A stretch of 43,553 bases of DNA, from sequence record OR992644.1. One strand, given 5' to 3'. The position numbers and the translations under genes are program-made. This document shows, one piece after another, positions 8,881 through 17,679 of this stretch (positions within the stretch are counted from its first letter, which is position 1; each line of letters starts with the position of its first letter). Below the pieces are notes generated by a model. That model was not told the DNA's origin. It was given only the letters and a program-made list of their open reading frames with translations, and made no database searches. Source of the stretch: Escherichia phage EP-B-K_E2.

Positions 8881-9351
8881 TTATTCTTCTTCAAAATACT
8901 TGTTCTTGATTGCTGTCAGGCGTTCCAGGTATTCGGCCAGGTCTTCGTCTTTAATCTCGGCAATCTTCATCTTCTTACCGGTGAACTCTTCCAGCAGTTC
9001 ATCGGAATCATCGCACGCGGCATCGCTAGGACCTTCGTTAATTGCGTCATCGATAGCCTGAATCTGGTCACGCAGAGACTGGTAATCGACTTCTTCTTTC
9101 TCTTCTTCCGGCTCTGGCGTCGGCTCCTCTACTTTAGCTTTACGCGGCTTGCGTTTCGGCTTCTCTTCTTCTGCAGGTTTAATGTCAACGACGTCTTCAC
9201 CTTCGACTGGGATTTCTTTTGTTGCTTCTTTCGCAACAGTGGTCTCGATTGTTGCGGTTTCAGCAACGACTACTTGTTTCACACTGTTCGCAGCAATCAG
9301 TTCATGTGCAACTACGAAACGTTCCAGTAATTTTAAGAATTGGTCTAACAT
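8881..9351 (-). CDS. hypothetical acidic protein
   Basis: 156 aa, Glu/Asp-rich, first gene downstream of promoter 9383-9411. Confidence 0.5.
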   Translation of the reverse strand: MLDQFLKLLERFVVAHELIAANSVKQVVVAETATIETTVAKEATKEIPVEGEDVVDIKPAEEEKPKRKPRKAKVEEPTPEPEEEKEEVDYQSLRDQIQAIDDAINEGPSDAACDDSDELLEEFTGKKMKIAEIKDEDLAEYLERLTAIKNKYFEEE

Positions 9352-9382
9352 TTGTTTCTCTCCTCTCGTTTGGTATGGGCTA

Positions 9383-9411
9383 ACTATAATAGCGAACTAT
9401 TCACATGTCAA
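9383..9411 (-). promoter_or_regulatory. sigma70-like promoter TTGACA-N17-TATAGT with AATAG-N4-CTATT dyad
   Basis: Read on minus strand; divergent from HTH gene at 9476. Confidence 0.6.
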
Positions 9412-9475
9412 TGGGCTTTTCTAAAATAATTAATATGGTACTATTCACATATCAACTAACTAAGGAGTAATTGAC

Positions 9476-9691
9476 ATGCAACCATCTGAACTAGGCATCC
9501 GTGTAGAACAACGCCGCAAAGAACTTGGAATCTCCCAGCGCCGTCTGGCTGTACTAACCGGCGTTTCCCAGGGTGCAATTAACCAGCTGGCCCTTGGGGT
9601 AACTCAGGATGTCCGCCCGGCAACGCTGTTTAAACTGGCGGAAGTGCTGCAAGTAGACGCCAAGTGGCTGGCGTTCGGTGAAGGGGCTTAA
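9476..9691 (+). CDS. XRE-family helix-turn-helix transcriptional regulator (Cro/CI-like)
   Basis: ISQRRLAVLTGVSQGAINQL HTH; SD taaggag 8 nt upstream; divergent from early promoter. Confidence 0.75.
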   Translation: MQPSELGIRVEQRRKELGISQRRLAVLTGVSQGAINQLALGVTQDVRPATLFKLAEVLQVDAKWLAFGEGA

Positions 9692-9708
9692 CGCCCCTTT
9701 CTTTTTAC

Positions 9709-11994
9709 CTATTCCAAATCCTCCTCTGTCACCACCAGCATTTCATTCGGTTCGTATATTGTCTTCGGTCTTAATCTGTCACCCATCTTTTCCGGTATCC
9801 GGTATGTGCCCGGCATAACTTCACCGTTAATATCACACCCAAGCATCAACTCCCCGTCTTTCAGCATCTTCTCAAGATGATGGTTGGTGATGGCGTGGTC
9901 ACCCGAGTTCGCTACTATCTGTCGTTGGGTAAAACCGCGTCCGGTGTCGTCAGACTGTTGCAGGTCTTCCAGCGCGGCGAGTATTGATTCCTTACGCCCT
10001 TCATCCTTCCCACGTTTCACAGCATTCTTTACGTTTTCTTTACCTTCCTTTGTCAGCCCTTCTTCCCGCTCCTTCTCCTCGTCAGTCTTGAACGGCTCGA
10101 ATCCCCACGGCATCAGCACAAGCGCCTTGTGCGGTTCCGGCAGGTCGAGGTTTACGATTGTGCCGTATTCCTCTGTGCTACCGAGGAACTCAACCGCACG
10201 GTACTCTTTCGGTGGTGGCGCTTCACGGAACTGTACCGACTCCAGCACCATGCCAACCGTCTTCTGTTGAGGCCCATGCTTAAATTTAGAGTGGTATACG
10301 TTTATCTGACGGTCAGTGGCGCGTTCGATTGTCAGTTCCACGTCGACGCCCGCATACAGCGCCCCACTACCGCGGGCTTTCTTTCCACCCTTCGGTGTAT
10401 GGTGGACGACGCCCACCGCGGCTTTAGTCGCATCACGTACTTCTTTCAGGATGGCGATAACTTTACCCATACCGATTGCCGTTGATGAGCTGTTCTCGTC
10501 GAACTTATCAATCGTCAGGGCCAGGGTCTGGTTAAGGGTGTCGAACGCGACCATGCCGATAGGTTCATCGCCCGCAGTTTCGCGCATTAACTTAATCAGG
10601 CTTTTAAGTTTGCCGACTTCGCCCATGTCGATGACGTGTACATAATCTTTACCCTCTGCGCCGTATTTAGCCGCGAGCGCGTCAATACGTGTACGTGTGG
10701 CTGCGCCCCCCTCACCGTCGATATAGAAGTGGTGGCAACGCTGGGTGTCAGCGCCTGCAAACCGGTATCCCGCCGCGCTAAGGTACATCATACCCAGCGT
10801 ATAGAATGATTTGTACGTGCCTGATTCCCCAACAATATCCCAGATACAATCCGACGGCATATACCCCTCAACGACGAAATCAGCCTTTACCGGTTCCGGT
10901 AACTCGTCCTCCTCTGAGTCCTCATCACCATCTTCCAGGTCGTCGAGGCTGCATGAGACATATTCACGTGCACCCCAGCCGATAGCCTCGGCGACTTCAC
11001 TGAATGGCAGCCCGGTCGCATCGCACGCGTATCTCCACACCTCTTTCGGCGACATGCCTTCGGTTGCCGTAATGTCGGTGTCGTGAATCATGGTTACGTT
11101 AGGCGCTTCGTAGCCCTCACGCGGGAAACACAGCAGGAAGTCATCCGGGCGAGGGGTCGGGTCGCTGTAGTTCTCTGCGTGTTCTGGTGTAGCTGGCATC
11201 TTAAGGCCGCGGGGCGTCATGATGCCGCCATACTCAAACGCCAGCGCCTCGAACGCGTCTGTAAACGCGGTGCGCAGTTCTTCCGGTATCTGGTAATCCG
11301 ATGCGCTGCTCACATCGTAATCCGGGATGCCTTCCAGTAACTCGTCCGGGTCAATCAGGTCGTTGCGACGCGACCAGATAACGGTAGAGCCGACCGGCGG
11401 CAGGTACATCGGCTGCGAAAGAGTGAACCCGCTGCGGTCCGCACCCATGCCTTTGAAGAAGTGCTCAAGCAATCCATGACGAACACGGATTATGTCACCA
11501 CCTTCAACCGGTCGGCCCAGGGGCATAACGACGCGAAAGCGCGGTGACTCATCGGTATGGGATGCCGTGGTATAGAGGCACATGGCCTGACGGCTGCGCT
11601 TAACCAGTCGCACCGCTTCCTGATACTCTTCCGGCGTTGTGCTGTCGAAGTCCAGATATGCCAGCGACGATTTGCTTACAGACGCGTCACAGCGATAAAA
11701 GAAGCCTTTACGCGCTTGCTTAAAGTCCCCGGTTTCCGGGTCTTTTACGGTGCTGTGTGTTGAGTCGCACGCGGCTGTGATATAGCCGGGCGCGGTCTTC
11801 GGGTTAACCCCATCACGAACAGCATCGAGCGGCCGGATTAACTCTTTCAGGTCGTCCAGTGTTGCCGTGTGTGTGGTTCTGACGTTTATATCCTTTTTCT
11901 CTGCTCGCGCGTTGCGACGAGACCACGAGTAGGATAAAATTACATCGGACATGTTGTATATTCCTTCAGCAAGTAATTTGGCCTCGGCGTTCAC
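9709..11994 (-). CDS. DNA primase / replicative helicase (primase domain plus RecA-like ATPase)
   Basis: 761 aa; Walker A-like VGESGTYKS in C-terminal half; size and position in replication module. Confidence 0.65.
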   Translation of the reverse strand: MNAEAKLLAEGIYNMSDVILSYSWSRRNARAEKKDINVRTTHTATLDDLKELIRPLDAVRDGVNPKTAPGYITAACDSTHSTVKDPETGDFKQARKGFFYRCDASVSKSSLAYLDFDSTTPEEYQEAVRLVKRSRQAMCLYTTASHTDESPRFRVVMPLGRPVEGGDIIRVRHGLLEHFFKGMGADRSGFTLSQPMYLPPVGSTVIWSRRNDLIDPDELLEGIPDYDVSSASDYQIPEELRTAFTDAFEALAFEYGGIMTPRGLKMPATPEHAENYSDPTPRPDDFLLCFPREGYEAPNVTMIHDTDITATEGMSPKEVWRYACDATGLPFSEVAEAIGWGAREYVSCSLDDLEDGDEDSEEDELPEPVKADFVVEGYMPSDCIWDIVGESGTYKSFYTLGMMYLSAAGYRFAGADTQRCHHFYIDGEGGAATRTRIDALAAKYGAEGKDYVHVIDMGEVGKLKSLIKLMRETAGDEPIGMVAFDTLNQTLALTIDKFDENSSSTAIGMGKVIAILKEVRDATKAAVGVVHHTPKGGKKARGSGALYAGVDVELTIERATDRQINVYHSKFKHGPQQKTVGMVLESVQFREAPPPKEYRAVEFLGSTEEYGTIVNLDLPEPHKALVLMPWGFEPFKTDEEKEREEGLTKEGKENVKNAVKRGKDEGRKESILAALEDLQQSDDTGRGFTQRQIVANSGDHAITNHHLEKMLKDGELMLGCDINGEVMPGTYRIPEKMGDRLRPKTIYEPNEMLVVTEEDLE

Positions 11995-12011
11995 CGCGTC
12001 GGGGCTTTCTT

Positions 12012-12245
12012 TTATTCCAGGTCCTCTAAAGTAGCGGTCATTCCGCGAACTTCAGCAACGGCACTATATTTCCCGCCAACATTTTTCACGACACCGGATT
12101 TAACCAGCACCTTCAACGACCCTTCAATAACGGCGGAACTATAGTACTTAAAATAACTACGGCGCAAGTCCATAACGCTGCACGACCCTTTTTTACGTGT
12201 TAATGAGACGACCGCCGTAAATACGCGTGACTGGAACTCAGTCAT
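12012..12245 (-). CDS. hypothetical protein (possible winged-helix)
   Basis: 77-aa ORF coupled to 12242-12445. Confidence 0.4.
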   Translation of the reverse strand: MTEFQSRVFTAVVSLTRKKGSCSVMDLRRSYFKYYSSAVIEGSLKVLVKSGVVKNVGGKYSAVAEVRGMTATLEDLE

Positions 12246-12445
12246 TTCACGTTCTCCTTAATCCACGCTTCCACTTTCTCCCGGTCAAACGTACCTGGCT
12301 GCCGGCGGCCCATAATGCGAATACAACAATCCGGGAACTTCCCGCTCTTTAACCAGTTATTCAGCGTGCGACGAGTAACCCCGATACGCTCAGCTACTTC
12401 ATTCTGCGTCATTCTCAACCCCTCATTATCAGTTAACGGAACCAA
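12242..12445 (-). CDS. small HTH DNA-binding protein (AlpA/excisionase-like fold)
   Basis: MTQNEVAERIGVTRRTLNNWLKSGKFP HTH; first gene of minus-strand arm. Confidence 0.6.
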   Translation of the reverse strand: MVPLTDNEGLRMTQNEVAERIGVTRRTLNNWLKSGKFPDCCIRIMGRRQPGTFDREKVEAWIKENVK

Positions 12446-12843
12446 GTATACATTGCGAATAATGGGAAATCAAACATAATCGCACCTATTGACATTATGA
12501 AAATCTTCGTTTAAGGTGCTTCTATATCTTAGTTACTTTGATTCCTGTTCACCTTGTAAGAATGTTTAACCCGTGCGTCAAGCAAAGGGTTAAACACAGG
12601 CTTACTGAACACGAGAATTATCGTAACTTTCCTTCCTAAGTATCTCCGGTTGCCCTGGGCAAGCTCTATTCTCACCGGCAGCATATCTCTTAAGTATCTG
12701 ATTTTCTTAATGTGCCGTAGATTCGCAACCGTAAAAATGTAACGATTATCGGGCAGGCTTAAGGCCTGCCCTTTAGTTACCAAGTAATAAGAATAAAGGC
12801 ACAACCTTCCCTAAAGAATCACAACGGCAACGTAACTATTCTC

Positions 12844-12872
12844 TTGCACACCCCAACATAATAGGTTACTAT
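12844..12872 (+). promoter_or_regulatory. sigma70-like promoter TTGCAC-N17-TACTAT with AATAG-N4-CTATT dyad
   Basis: Nearly identical 35-bp element to 25844-25872 and 35034-35062 (opposite strand). Confidence 0.6.
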
Positions 12873-12907
12873 TCACTTATCGAAACGAGACAGAGGAGCG
12901 AGGGGTT

Positions 12908-13093
12908 ATGTTTAAGAAGGGTCAGTTGGTTAAAGTAAACGATTACGGTTATTACGGTGCTATCGAACGAATTTCAAATAAGGTTAACGGGATGTACTAC
13001 ATCCGTACACCTAACCAGCGTTTCGGTAAGTGGTGCTTCGGGGACGAGATAAAACTCATCGGCAACAATTTTAAATTCAAAGGGGTGAAGTGA
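12908..13093 (+). CDS. hypothetical protein
   Basis: 61 aa, SD gaggagcgagggg upstream. Confidence 0.45.
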   Translation: MFKKGQLVKVNDYGYYGAIERISNKVNGMYYIRTPNQRFGKWCFGDEIKLIGNNFKFKGVK

Positions 13094-13389
13094 TGGAAGA
13101 ATTACCTCAATGCGAACGCCAGTTCATTAGCGGGTTTATCCCAGTAAATAATTTCAACATTTCTGATTTACTGGAACTAAGAGAAAATGGTGCTTTGTGG
13201 GTATGTAACGCCCGGGATGTAACAAAGGCCCGGGTATGGAATTTTAGCCGGCTGCGTCGCCCTAATAAGTCAGGGGCTGGCGCCGTGACAATGGATTTGT
13301 TACAGCGCAAAGGTAAGCTGTTTATACGAACGGCATCGAATCATGATGCTCGTGCCGACGACTCTGAGGGAGGTTGCCGTGTTAAGTAA
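13090..13389 (+). CDS. hypothetical protein
   Basis: 99 aa, ATGA overlap with previous gene. Confidence 0.45.
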   Translation: MMEELPQCERQFISGFIPVNNFNISDLLELRENGALWVCNARDVTKARVWNFSRLRRPNKSGAGAVTMDLLQRKGKLFIRTASNHDARADDSEGGCRVK

Positions 13390-13422
13390 TATTTTAACCG
13401 TTTATGTGGTGCGGGGGTTGGT

Positions 13423-13566
13423 ATGAGAGAAGCATTTGAACGGTGGGCCATCGTCGAGGGTTTGCCGATTAACAAGGGTTCGAAGAAAGAGTACCTTAAC
13501 GTTAAGACGCGTCTCGCGTGGCGGGCGTGGAAAGCTGGTGTGCAAGCTGTGATGAATACGAGGTGA
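13423..13566 (+). CDS. hypothetical small protein (47 aa, not in ORF track)
   Basis: ATG with gggggttgg SD-like upstream; fills gap between flanking genes. Confidence 0.3.
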   Translation: MREAFERWAIVEGLPINKGSKKEYLNVKTRLAWRAWKAGVQAVMNTR

Positions 13567-13569
13567 GAT

Positions 13570-13749
13570 ATGAGTAAGTGGGTTGAGTGCAGTGAGCAGA
13601 TGCCTAAATATGGGGAGTATGTCATTGTCTATGTCCGCGCCGGGTACTGCTATATAGCAAGATACAACGGTGACTTTGTCTGTGATGAATATGTTAAGTG
13701 TGCCGGGGTGACCCACTGGATGTCGTTACCCGAGCCGCCGGAAGTGTGA
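13570..13749 (+). CDS. DUF551-like small protein (59 aa, not in ORF track)
   Basis: MSKWVECSEQMP...HWMSLPEPP pattern typical of DUF551; SD aggtgag. Confidence 0.4.
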   Translation: MSKWVECSEQMPKYGEYVIVYVRAGYCYIARYNGDFVCDEYVKCAGVTHWMSLPEPPEV

Positions 13750-13782
13750 TGTTCAATAGTTTGGGATTTTACTGAGTGACTT

Positions 13783-13820
13783 ACGCTGCTACACAGCAGC
13801 GTATCATTTTTCTCATTTTT
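13783..13820 (+). terminator. rho-independent terminator
   Basis: Stem acgctgct/agcagcgt, loop acac, followed by T-rich run. Confidence 0.55.
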
Positions 13821-13873
13821 GTTCTATTTCACCAAATGCAACAATCGAAGCGACTATTGCAGGAGATGCAACA

Positions 13874-14047
13874 ATGATTACTAAAGAACAGGCTGAACGA
13901 CTAATCGCGTTAATCGACACAATGATGGATGTAAAAACCGATTTAGCACCGGCAACAGAGGAATCCGCTACCTGGTCGCTTGAAGAAAGAGAAGCAGAAG
14001 CGGAACGGGGTTTACTGGCGTTCATCGATTCAATAACACACCAATAA
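13874..14047 (+). CDS. hypothetical small protein (57 aa, not in ORF track)
   Basis: SD aggaga 7 nt upstream of ATG. Confidence 0.35.
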   Translation: MITKEQAERLIALIDTMMDVKTDLAPATEESATWSLEEREAEAERGLLAFIDSITHQ

Positions 14048-14054
14048 AATTTAC

Positions 14055-14083
14055 TTGCACACTGGGATAGAATAGACTACTAT
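14055..14083 (+). promoter_or_regulatory. sigma70-like promoter TTGCAC-N17-TACTAT with AATAG-N4-CTATT dyad
   Basis: Upstream of 14114 gene. Confidence 0.6.
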
Positions 14084-14113
14084 TCATTTACACAGACGAT
14101 AGGAGAGACAGAG

Positions 14114-14332
14114 ATGTTCCTGGAATGCAAATCCTACGATGGTTACTGGGCGCTGGCTAAAAACGACCTGTACCACATCAAAGAAGACAGCGACGAGAGT
14201 CGATGCTACATAATAGACGACAACGGCACTGAACTTGACGTCTATTACACCGGGTATGGTCGATGGGCGTTATCCGCAGACGATGCCTTTGTGTTTGAAG
14301 AATATAACGGGGAGGAACCGGATGATGAGTAA
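14114..14332 (+). CDS. hypothetical acidic protein
   Basis: 72 aa, SD aggagag upstream. Confidence 0.5.
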   Translation: MFLECKSYDGYWALAKNDLYHIKEDSDESRCYIIDDNGTELDVYYTGYGRWALSADDAFVFEEYNGEEPDDE

Positions 14333-15035
14333 CAAAAACGAAGTATTCGAGTACCTGATTAACCAACTACGGCAGCAGTTACAAGTCGTAGATGTAATGG
14401 GTGAAATCGAACGGTGGAGTATTGACCGTAGTATTGCCGGACGAGGTAACTATACCGACGAGGAAAACGCCATAATTGATGCTTACATCGGCCTGGAGCA
14501 CAACCCGTACAAGCAACAGTGCGAAGACCTGGCGCGTGAGGTGCAGTCACTTAAGAATCAGTTACGTGATGCGTCGGCGCAGATTAAGGAGTTGCAGGAA
14601 GACAACATTGAGAAATCCAGGCACATATCACATCTGGCGGGGCAATCGTCGGCGTATTGCAATGACGCTTTTCGCCTTCAAGCGCAAGTTGATGACCTGG
14701 TAAAACGGCTGGCTAAGGCCACTGGTGACGAGTCTGCGCAGATTAAGGAGTTGACGCTCGCGCTAGATAGTTTAGATAACGAGGTTATGTGTCTTCGTTC
14801 GATCGTTGACCTGGACCCTAAAGGCGCGATTGGGTACATCCGGCGGGCAAATAGTGCAATGACTGACACCATGCGCCGCCAATACCTTAGCAAAGCACTT
14901 GAGGAACTCGGATGTAAGGATTCGCCAGAACAATCCGGTTGCCATAAAGATGACGTGCAGGAATGCAAGCACGATTGGTACTTTTACGATAAAGGTGCTT
15001 CGATGATGTGCAAGAAATGTGGGTTAAAGAAATGA
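14322..15035 (+). CDS. hypothetical coiled-coil protein with C-terminal Cys cluster
   Basis: Start moved to ATG with SD ggagg; internal repeat SAQIKEL x2; C-terminal CxxxxxxC...CxxC. Confidence 0.5.
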   Translation: MMSNKNEVFEYLINQLRQQLQVVDVMGEIERWSIDRSIAGRGNYTDEENAIIDAYIGLEHNPYKQQCEDLAREVQSLKNQLRDASAQIKELQEDNIEKSRHISHLAGQSSAYCNDAFRLQAQVDDLVKRLAKATGDESAQIKELTLALDSLDNEVMCLRSIVDLDPKGAIGYIRRANSAMTDTMRRQYLSKALEELGCKDSPEQSGCHKDDVQECKHDWYFYDKGASMMCKKCGLKK

Positions 15036-15235
15036 CCAGCATCTTATTTATATGGGTGCTGTCCGCAGGCCAGATGCAACTGACGGCATCAGAAACGTTT
15101 TACTCGATGGAGGCGTGCCAGTCAGCGGCACGCGCCGCGGAGAACGCGCACTTTCTGTTTCAGGGTGACAAGCCCAACGATTCAGAGGTACGCGCTATCT
15201 GCTCACCTAAGCGACTTGGCAAACAGGAGAAGTGA
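15032..15235 (+). CDS. small protein with N-terminal hydrophobic (signal-like) segment
   Basis: ATGA overlap; MTSILFIWVLSAGQ hydrophobic N-terminus. Confidence 0.4.
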   Translation: MTSILFIWVLSAGQMQLTASETFYSMEACQSAARAAENAHFLFQGDKPNDSEVRAICSPKRLGKQEK

Positions 15236-15237
15236 TT

Positions 15238-15378
15238 ATGGTGCAGAGATACGATTTAGTAGGGGATATGGGCGGTAACTGCAACCTGAATGAAGCGCGA
15301 ATGGAAAAATCTGATGACGGGATATATGTTTACTATCGCGAGCAAATTAATAACGCAGGCTTAAAGGTGAAGAAATGA
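15238..15378 (+). CDS. hypothetical small protein (46 aa, not in ORF track)
   Basis: SD aggaga upstream of ATG. Confidence 0.3.
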   Translation: MVQRYDLVGDMGGNCNLNEARMEKSDDGIYVYYREQINNAGLKVKK

Positions 15379-15459
15379 TTATCCAGTTAAACGACATTAT
15401 GAAAGCAGACATCATTCAGCTTGAAGATTACGGTATGCAACTCGCGGAGATTGAGGAAC

Positions 15460-15753
15460 ATGAGTCTCGCAACTGACATCCTGAAACGAAGCGGCCTTGC
15501 GCCGCTGTCGCCGAGAGTTAAAACACAGATATACAAGCGTCGGGGTAACGCGCTGTACCCAGAGATTCAGGCCAGGCGCAAAGCTATCCGCGCCTGTGGA
15601 TTCCAGAACGGGAAGGCCGTGAATCTCGGTGAGTTCAAGACAAAGGAACGTGCCGCTATTGCTAATCGGTTATTTAATTACTGGAAATCGCTGGGATACG
15701 ATGATATTCCGACGAAACCACAGAGACGACAATACATCTGGAGACATAAATAA
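15460..15753 (+). CDS. hypothetical basic protein
   Basis: ORF-track ORF 15421-15753 trimmed to first ATG. Confidence 0.45.
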   Translation: MSLATDILKRSGLAPLSPRVKTQIYKRRGNALYPEIQARRKAIRACGFQNGKAVNLGEFKTKERAAIANRLFNYWKSLGYDDIPTKPQRRQYIWRHK

Positions 15754-15783
15754 ACTGTTATTAGGATAATTCTTACCCGTGGT

Positions 15784-15823
15784 ATCCTCCAGTTACTGCA
15801 TACTTAATACGCACCTGGAGGAT
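15784..15823 (+). promoter_or_regulatory. RNA hairpin sequestering the holin Shine-Dalgarno
   Basis: Perfect 9-bp inverted repeat atcctccag / ctggaggat; right arm contains GGAGG 7 nt before TTG start at 15829. Confidence 0.5.
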
Positions 15824-15828
15824 TCACC

Positions 15829-16137
15829 TTGGATAAATTTACTGAAACAGTGACAGGCTGGCTTCTGGCCGCCGCACTAGCCGGCGGGGTCATCGGGCTA
15901 CGACAACATAAGTCCGTTATTTCTGGCCCCATCGACGGCTTCTGCTTTATCGCAACTGGCTTTACTTGCGCCGTATTTGGTGCACCTCTCGCAGCGCAAT
16001 GGTTCGGCATTACTGGGGAGCGTGAAATTGCTGGCCTGGGATTCATCATTGCCATTCTCTGGATGCCTATCTATTCCCGCCTCTCCGGTATCGTCGCCGG
16101 AGAATACATCTCACGTCGAGGAGGCCCGGATGAATGA
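15829..16137 (+). CDS. putative holin (three predicted TM segments, TTG start)
   Basis: Three hydrophobic segments, charged C-terminus, directly upstream of endolysin. Confidence 0.55.
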   Translation: MDKFTETVTGWLLAAALAGGVIGLRQHKSVISGPIDGFCFIATGFTCAVFGAPLAAQWFGITGEREIAGLGFIIAILWMPIYSRLSGIVAGEYISRRGGPDE

Positions 16138-16402
16138 GCTATTCTGGTTCGGCGGTATGCTGGCAATCGGGGGCACATCGCTGTTTAACGTGTACCATCC
16201 CAGTGTGGATGACGGATTATTCGGGCGTGTACTCTATATCCTGACTGCTATTGTCTGCGCTGCCGGGTGTATCCACCTGTTACAAGGCAGCATGTCACCA
16301 ACGCTGCCTGAGACATTAATCACATTAGTTGCGCTGCGTCAGATTCGTCAGGCGTGGCTGTCATACGGAGGACATAAGCGTGTCTCGAAATATTTCAGAT
16401 AA
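16130..16402 (+). CDS. small membrane protein (second holin or antiholin-like)
   Basis: 90 aa, two hydrophobic segments, overlaps holin and endolysin. Confidence 0.4.
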   Translation: MNELFWFGGMLAIGGTSLFNVYHPSVDDGLFGRVLYILTAIVCAAGCIHLLQGSMSPTLPETLITLVALRQIRQAWLSYGGHKRVSKYFR

Positions 16403-16868
16403 TGGGTTGCATTTTACTGCTGCGTTTGAGGGATTCCGCGGAACTGCGTATCGCGCGACACCGAATGAGAAGTACCTGACTATAGGCTACGGTCACTACG
16501 GGCCAGACGTAACACCAGGTAAGACCATCACACCGGGACAGGGCCTCCTGTTACTGAATCGTGATATGGCTAAGGCCGTAGCTGCGGTTGATGCAGCAGC
16601 ACACCATTCACTGACACAGGCACAGTTCGACGCTGTGTGTGACCTGGTCTATAACGCAGGTGCGGGCGTGATTTCGGCTACTATCGGAACCGGTAAGGCG
16701 CTGCGTTCTGGCGATATTGCGACGCTGCGTGCCAAGCTGGCGCTGTTCATCAACCAGAACGGCAAACCGTTACTTGGCCTGCGCCGCCGTACCGCAGGTC
16801 GTCTGGCGCTGTTCGATGGTAAACCGTGGCAGGAGGCGGAGGCTATCGGGCGCGCGGTGAAAGGTTGA
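16380..16868 (+). CDS. endolysin, phage lysozyme (GH24-like)
   Basis: GLHFTAAFEGFRGTAYRATPNEKYLTIGYGH lysozyme signature; GTG start with SD ggagg. Confidence 0.75.
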   Translation: MSRNISDNGLHFTAAFEGFRGTAYRATPNEKYLTIGYGHYGPDVTPGKTITPGQGLLLLNRDMAKAVAAVDAAAHHSLTQAQFDAVCDLVYNAGAGVISATIGTGKALRSGDIATLRAKLALFINQNGKPLLGLRRRTAGRLALFDGKPWQEAEAIGRAVKG

Positions 16869-16934
16869 CACCTGATACCAATCCGACGATACTTAAATCA
16901 CCTCCTGTTCCATCCCTCTACTCTCCAGTTTTAT

Positions 16935-16964
16935 CCCGGCCCTGACCCAGCCGGGATTTTTTTT
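16935..16964 (+). terminator. rho-independent terminator after lysis genes
   Basis: cccggc-cctgaccca-gccggg stem followed by 8 T. Confidence 0.7.
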
Positions 16965-16986
16965 ATCTATTTTCTGCAATGACTAG

Positions 16987-17015
16987 TTGACTATTATCTA
17001 TGACCCTATTATATT
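16987..17015 (+). promoter_or_regulatory. sigma70-like promoter TTGACT-N17-TATATT
   Basis: Upstream of small-gene block beginning 17049; contains CTATT repeats. Confidence 0.55.
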
Positions 17016-17048
17016 TACTCCATCGACAACGAGAACGGAGTAGGGAAG

Positions 17049-17261
17049 ATGAAATTATATTTAGTAGAAGCCGGCTGGTGTGATTACGACCAATACGATT
17101 CTTTTGTGGTGTGGGCTAAGTCGCCAGAAGAAGCCTTGTGTCTGGTTCGCGCTAAGGACGACCCAATAACCATGAATAACTTCGACGATAACGTAAAAGT
17201 TACCGAAATCAAGAGACCAAAAGAAAGCGGTATCGTACTTGGCTCATTCAACGCGGGGTAA
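17049..17261 (+). CDS. hypothetical protein
   Basis: 70 aa, SD ggagtaggg. Confidence 0.45.
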   Translation: MKLYLVEAGWCDYDQYDSFVVWAKSPEEALCLVRAKDDPITMNNFDDNVKVTEIKRPKESGIVLGSFNAG

Positions 17262-17267
17262 GCAGAA

Positions 17268-17417
17268 ATGAAAATCACAGATATTGAAGCATTCGAAGAC
17301 GCACAACTGATGGCACGTATTGCCGTTAGTAACCTGGGTGGAAGCATTCCCGCGGATTCGTTCTGGGCAGCGGCGATGCAGGCACTTAAAGCAGCTTATG
17401 CAGGAGACAAGAAATGA
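17268..17417 (+). CDS. hypothetical small protein (49 aa, not in ORF track)
   Basis: MKITDIEAFEDAQL...KAAYAGDKK; truncated paralog at 17608. Confidence 0.35.
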   Translation: MKITDIEAFEDAQLMARIAVSNLGGSIPADSFWAAAMQALKAAYAGDKK

Positions 17418-17611
17418 AGCGTTACCAGAAGAAAACGGTAGAGAAGTTCATGGCATACCTTAATGAGATGGGTCTCTCTGTTTACGGGCCGAGTATGACG
17501 CCGGATGGGGAAGAAACGGGCGCACTAATGGATTATGACGTGGACACGATATTGGCCCGCCGTAAATATATCACTAAAGGCAATTTACGTAAGTTTGAGG
17601 GTTACGAATGA
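17414..17611 (+). CDS. hypothetical protein
   Basis: 65 aa, ATGA overlap. Confidence 0.45.
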   Translation: MKRYQKKTVEKFMAYLNEMGLSVYGPSMTPDGEETGALMDYDVDTILARRKYITKGNLRKFEGYE

Positions 17612-17679
17612 AAACCACAGATACCGAAGCATTCAAAAACGAGCAACTGAAAGCAGCCTATGCAGGAGAGAAGAAATGA
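17608..17679 (+). pseudogene. internally deleted copy of the 17268-17417 gene (23 codons)
   Basis: MKTTDTEAFKNEQLKAAYAGEKK matches N- and C-termini of 17268 product. Confidence 0.3.

Noticed and set aside
12529-12804. 91-aa minus-strand ORF in the divergence region
   Set aside because: No SD, basic low-complexity translation, spans hairpins and repeats better explained as regulatory DNA; kept only as part of the non-coding-region finding.
15375-15476. 33-codon ORF overlapping the start of 15460-15753
   Set aside because: Very short, no SD, overlaps the better-supported downstream gene in another frame; not listed as a feature.
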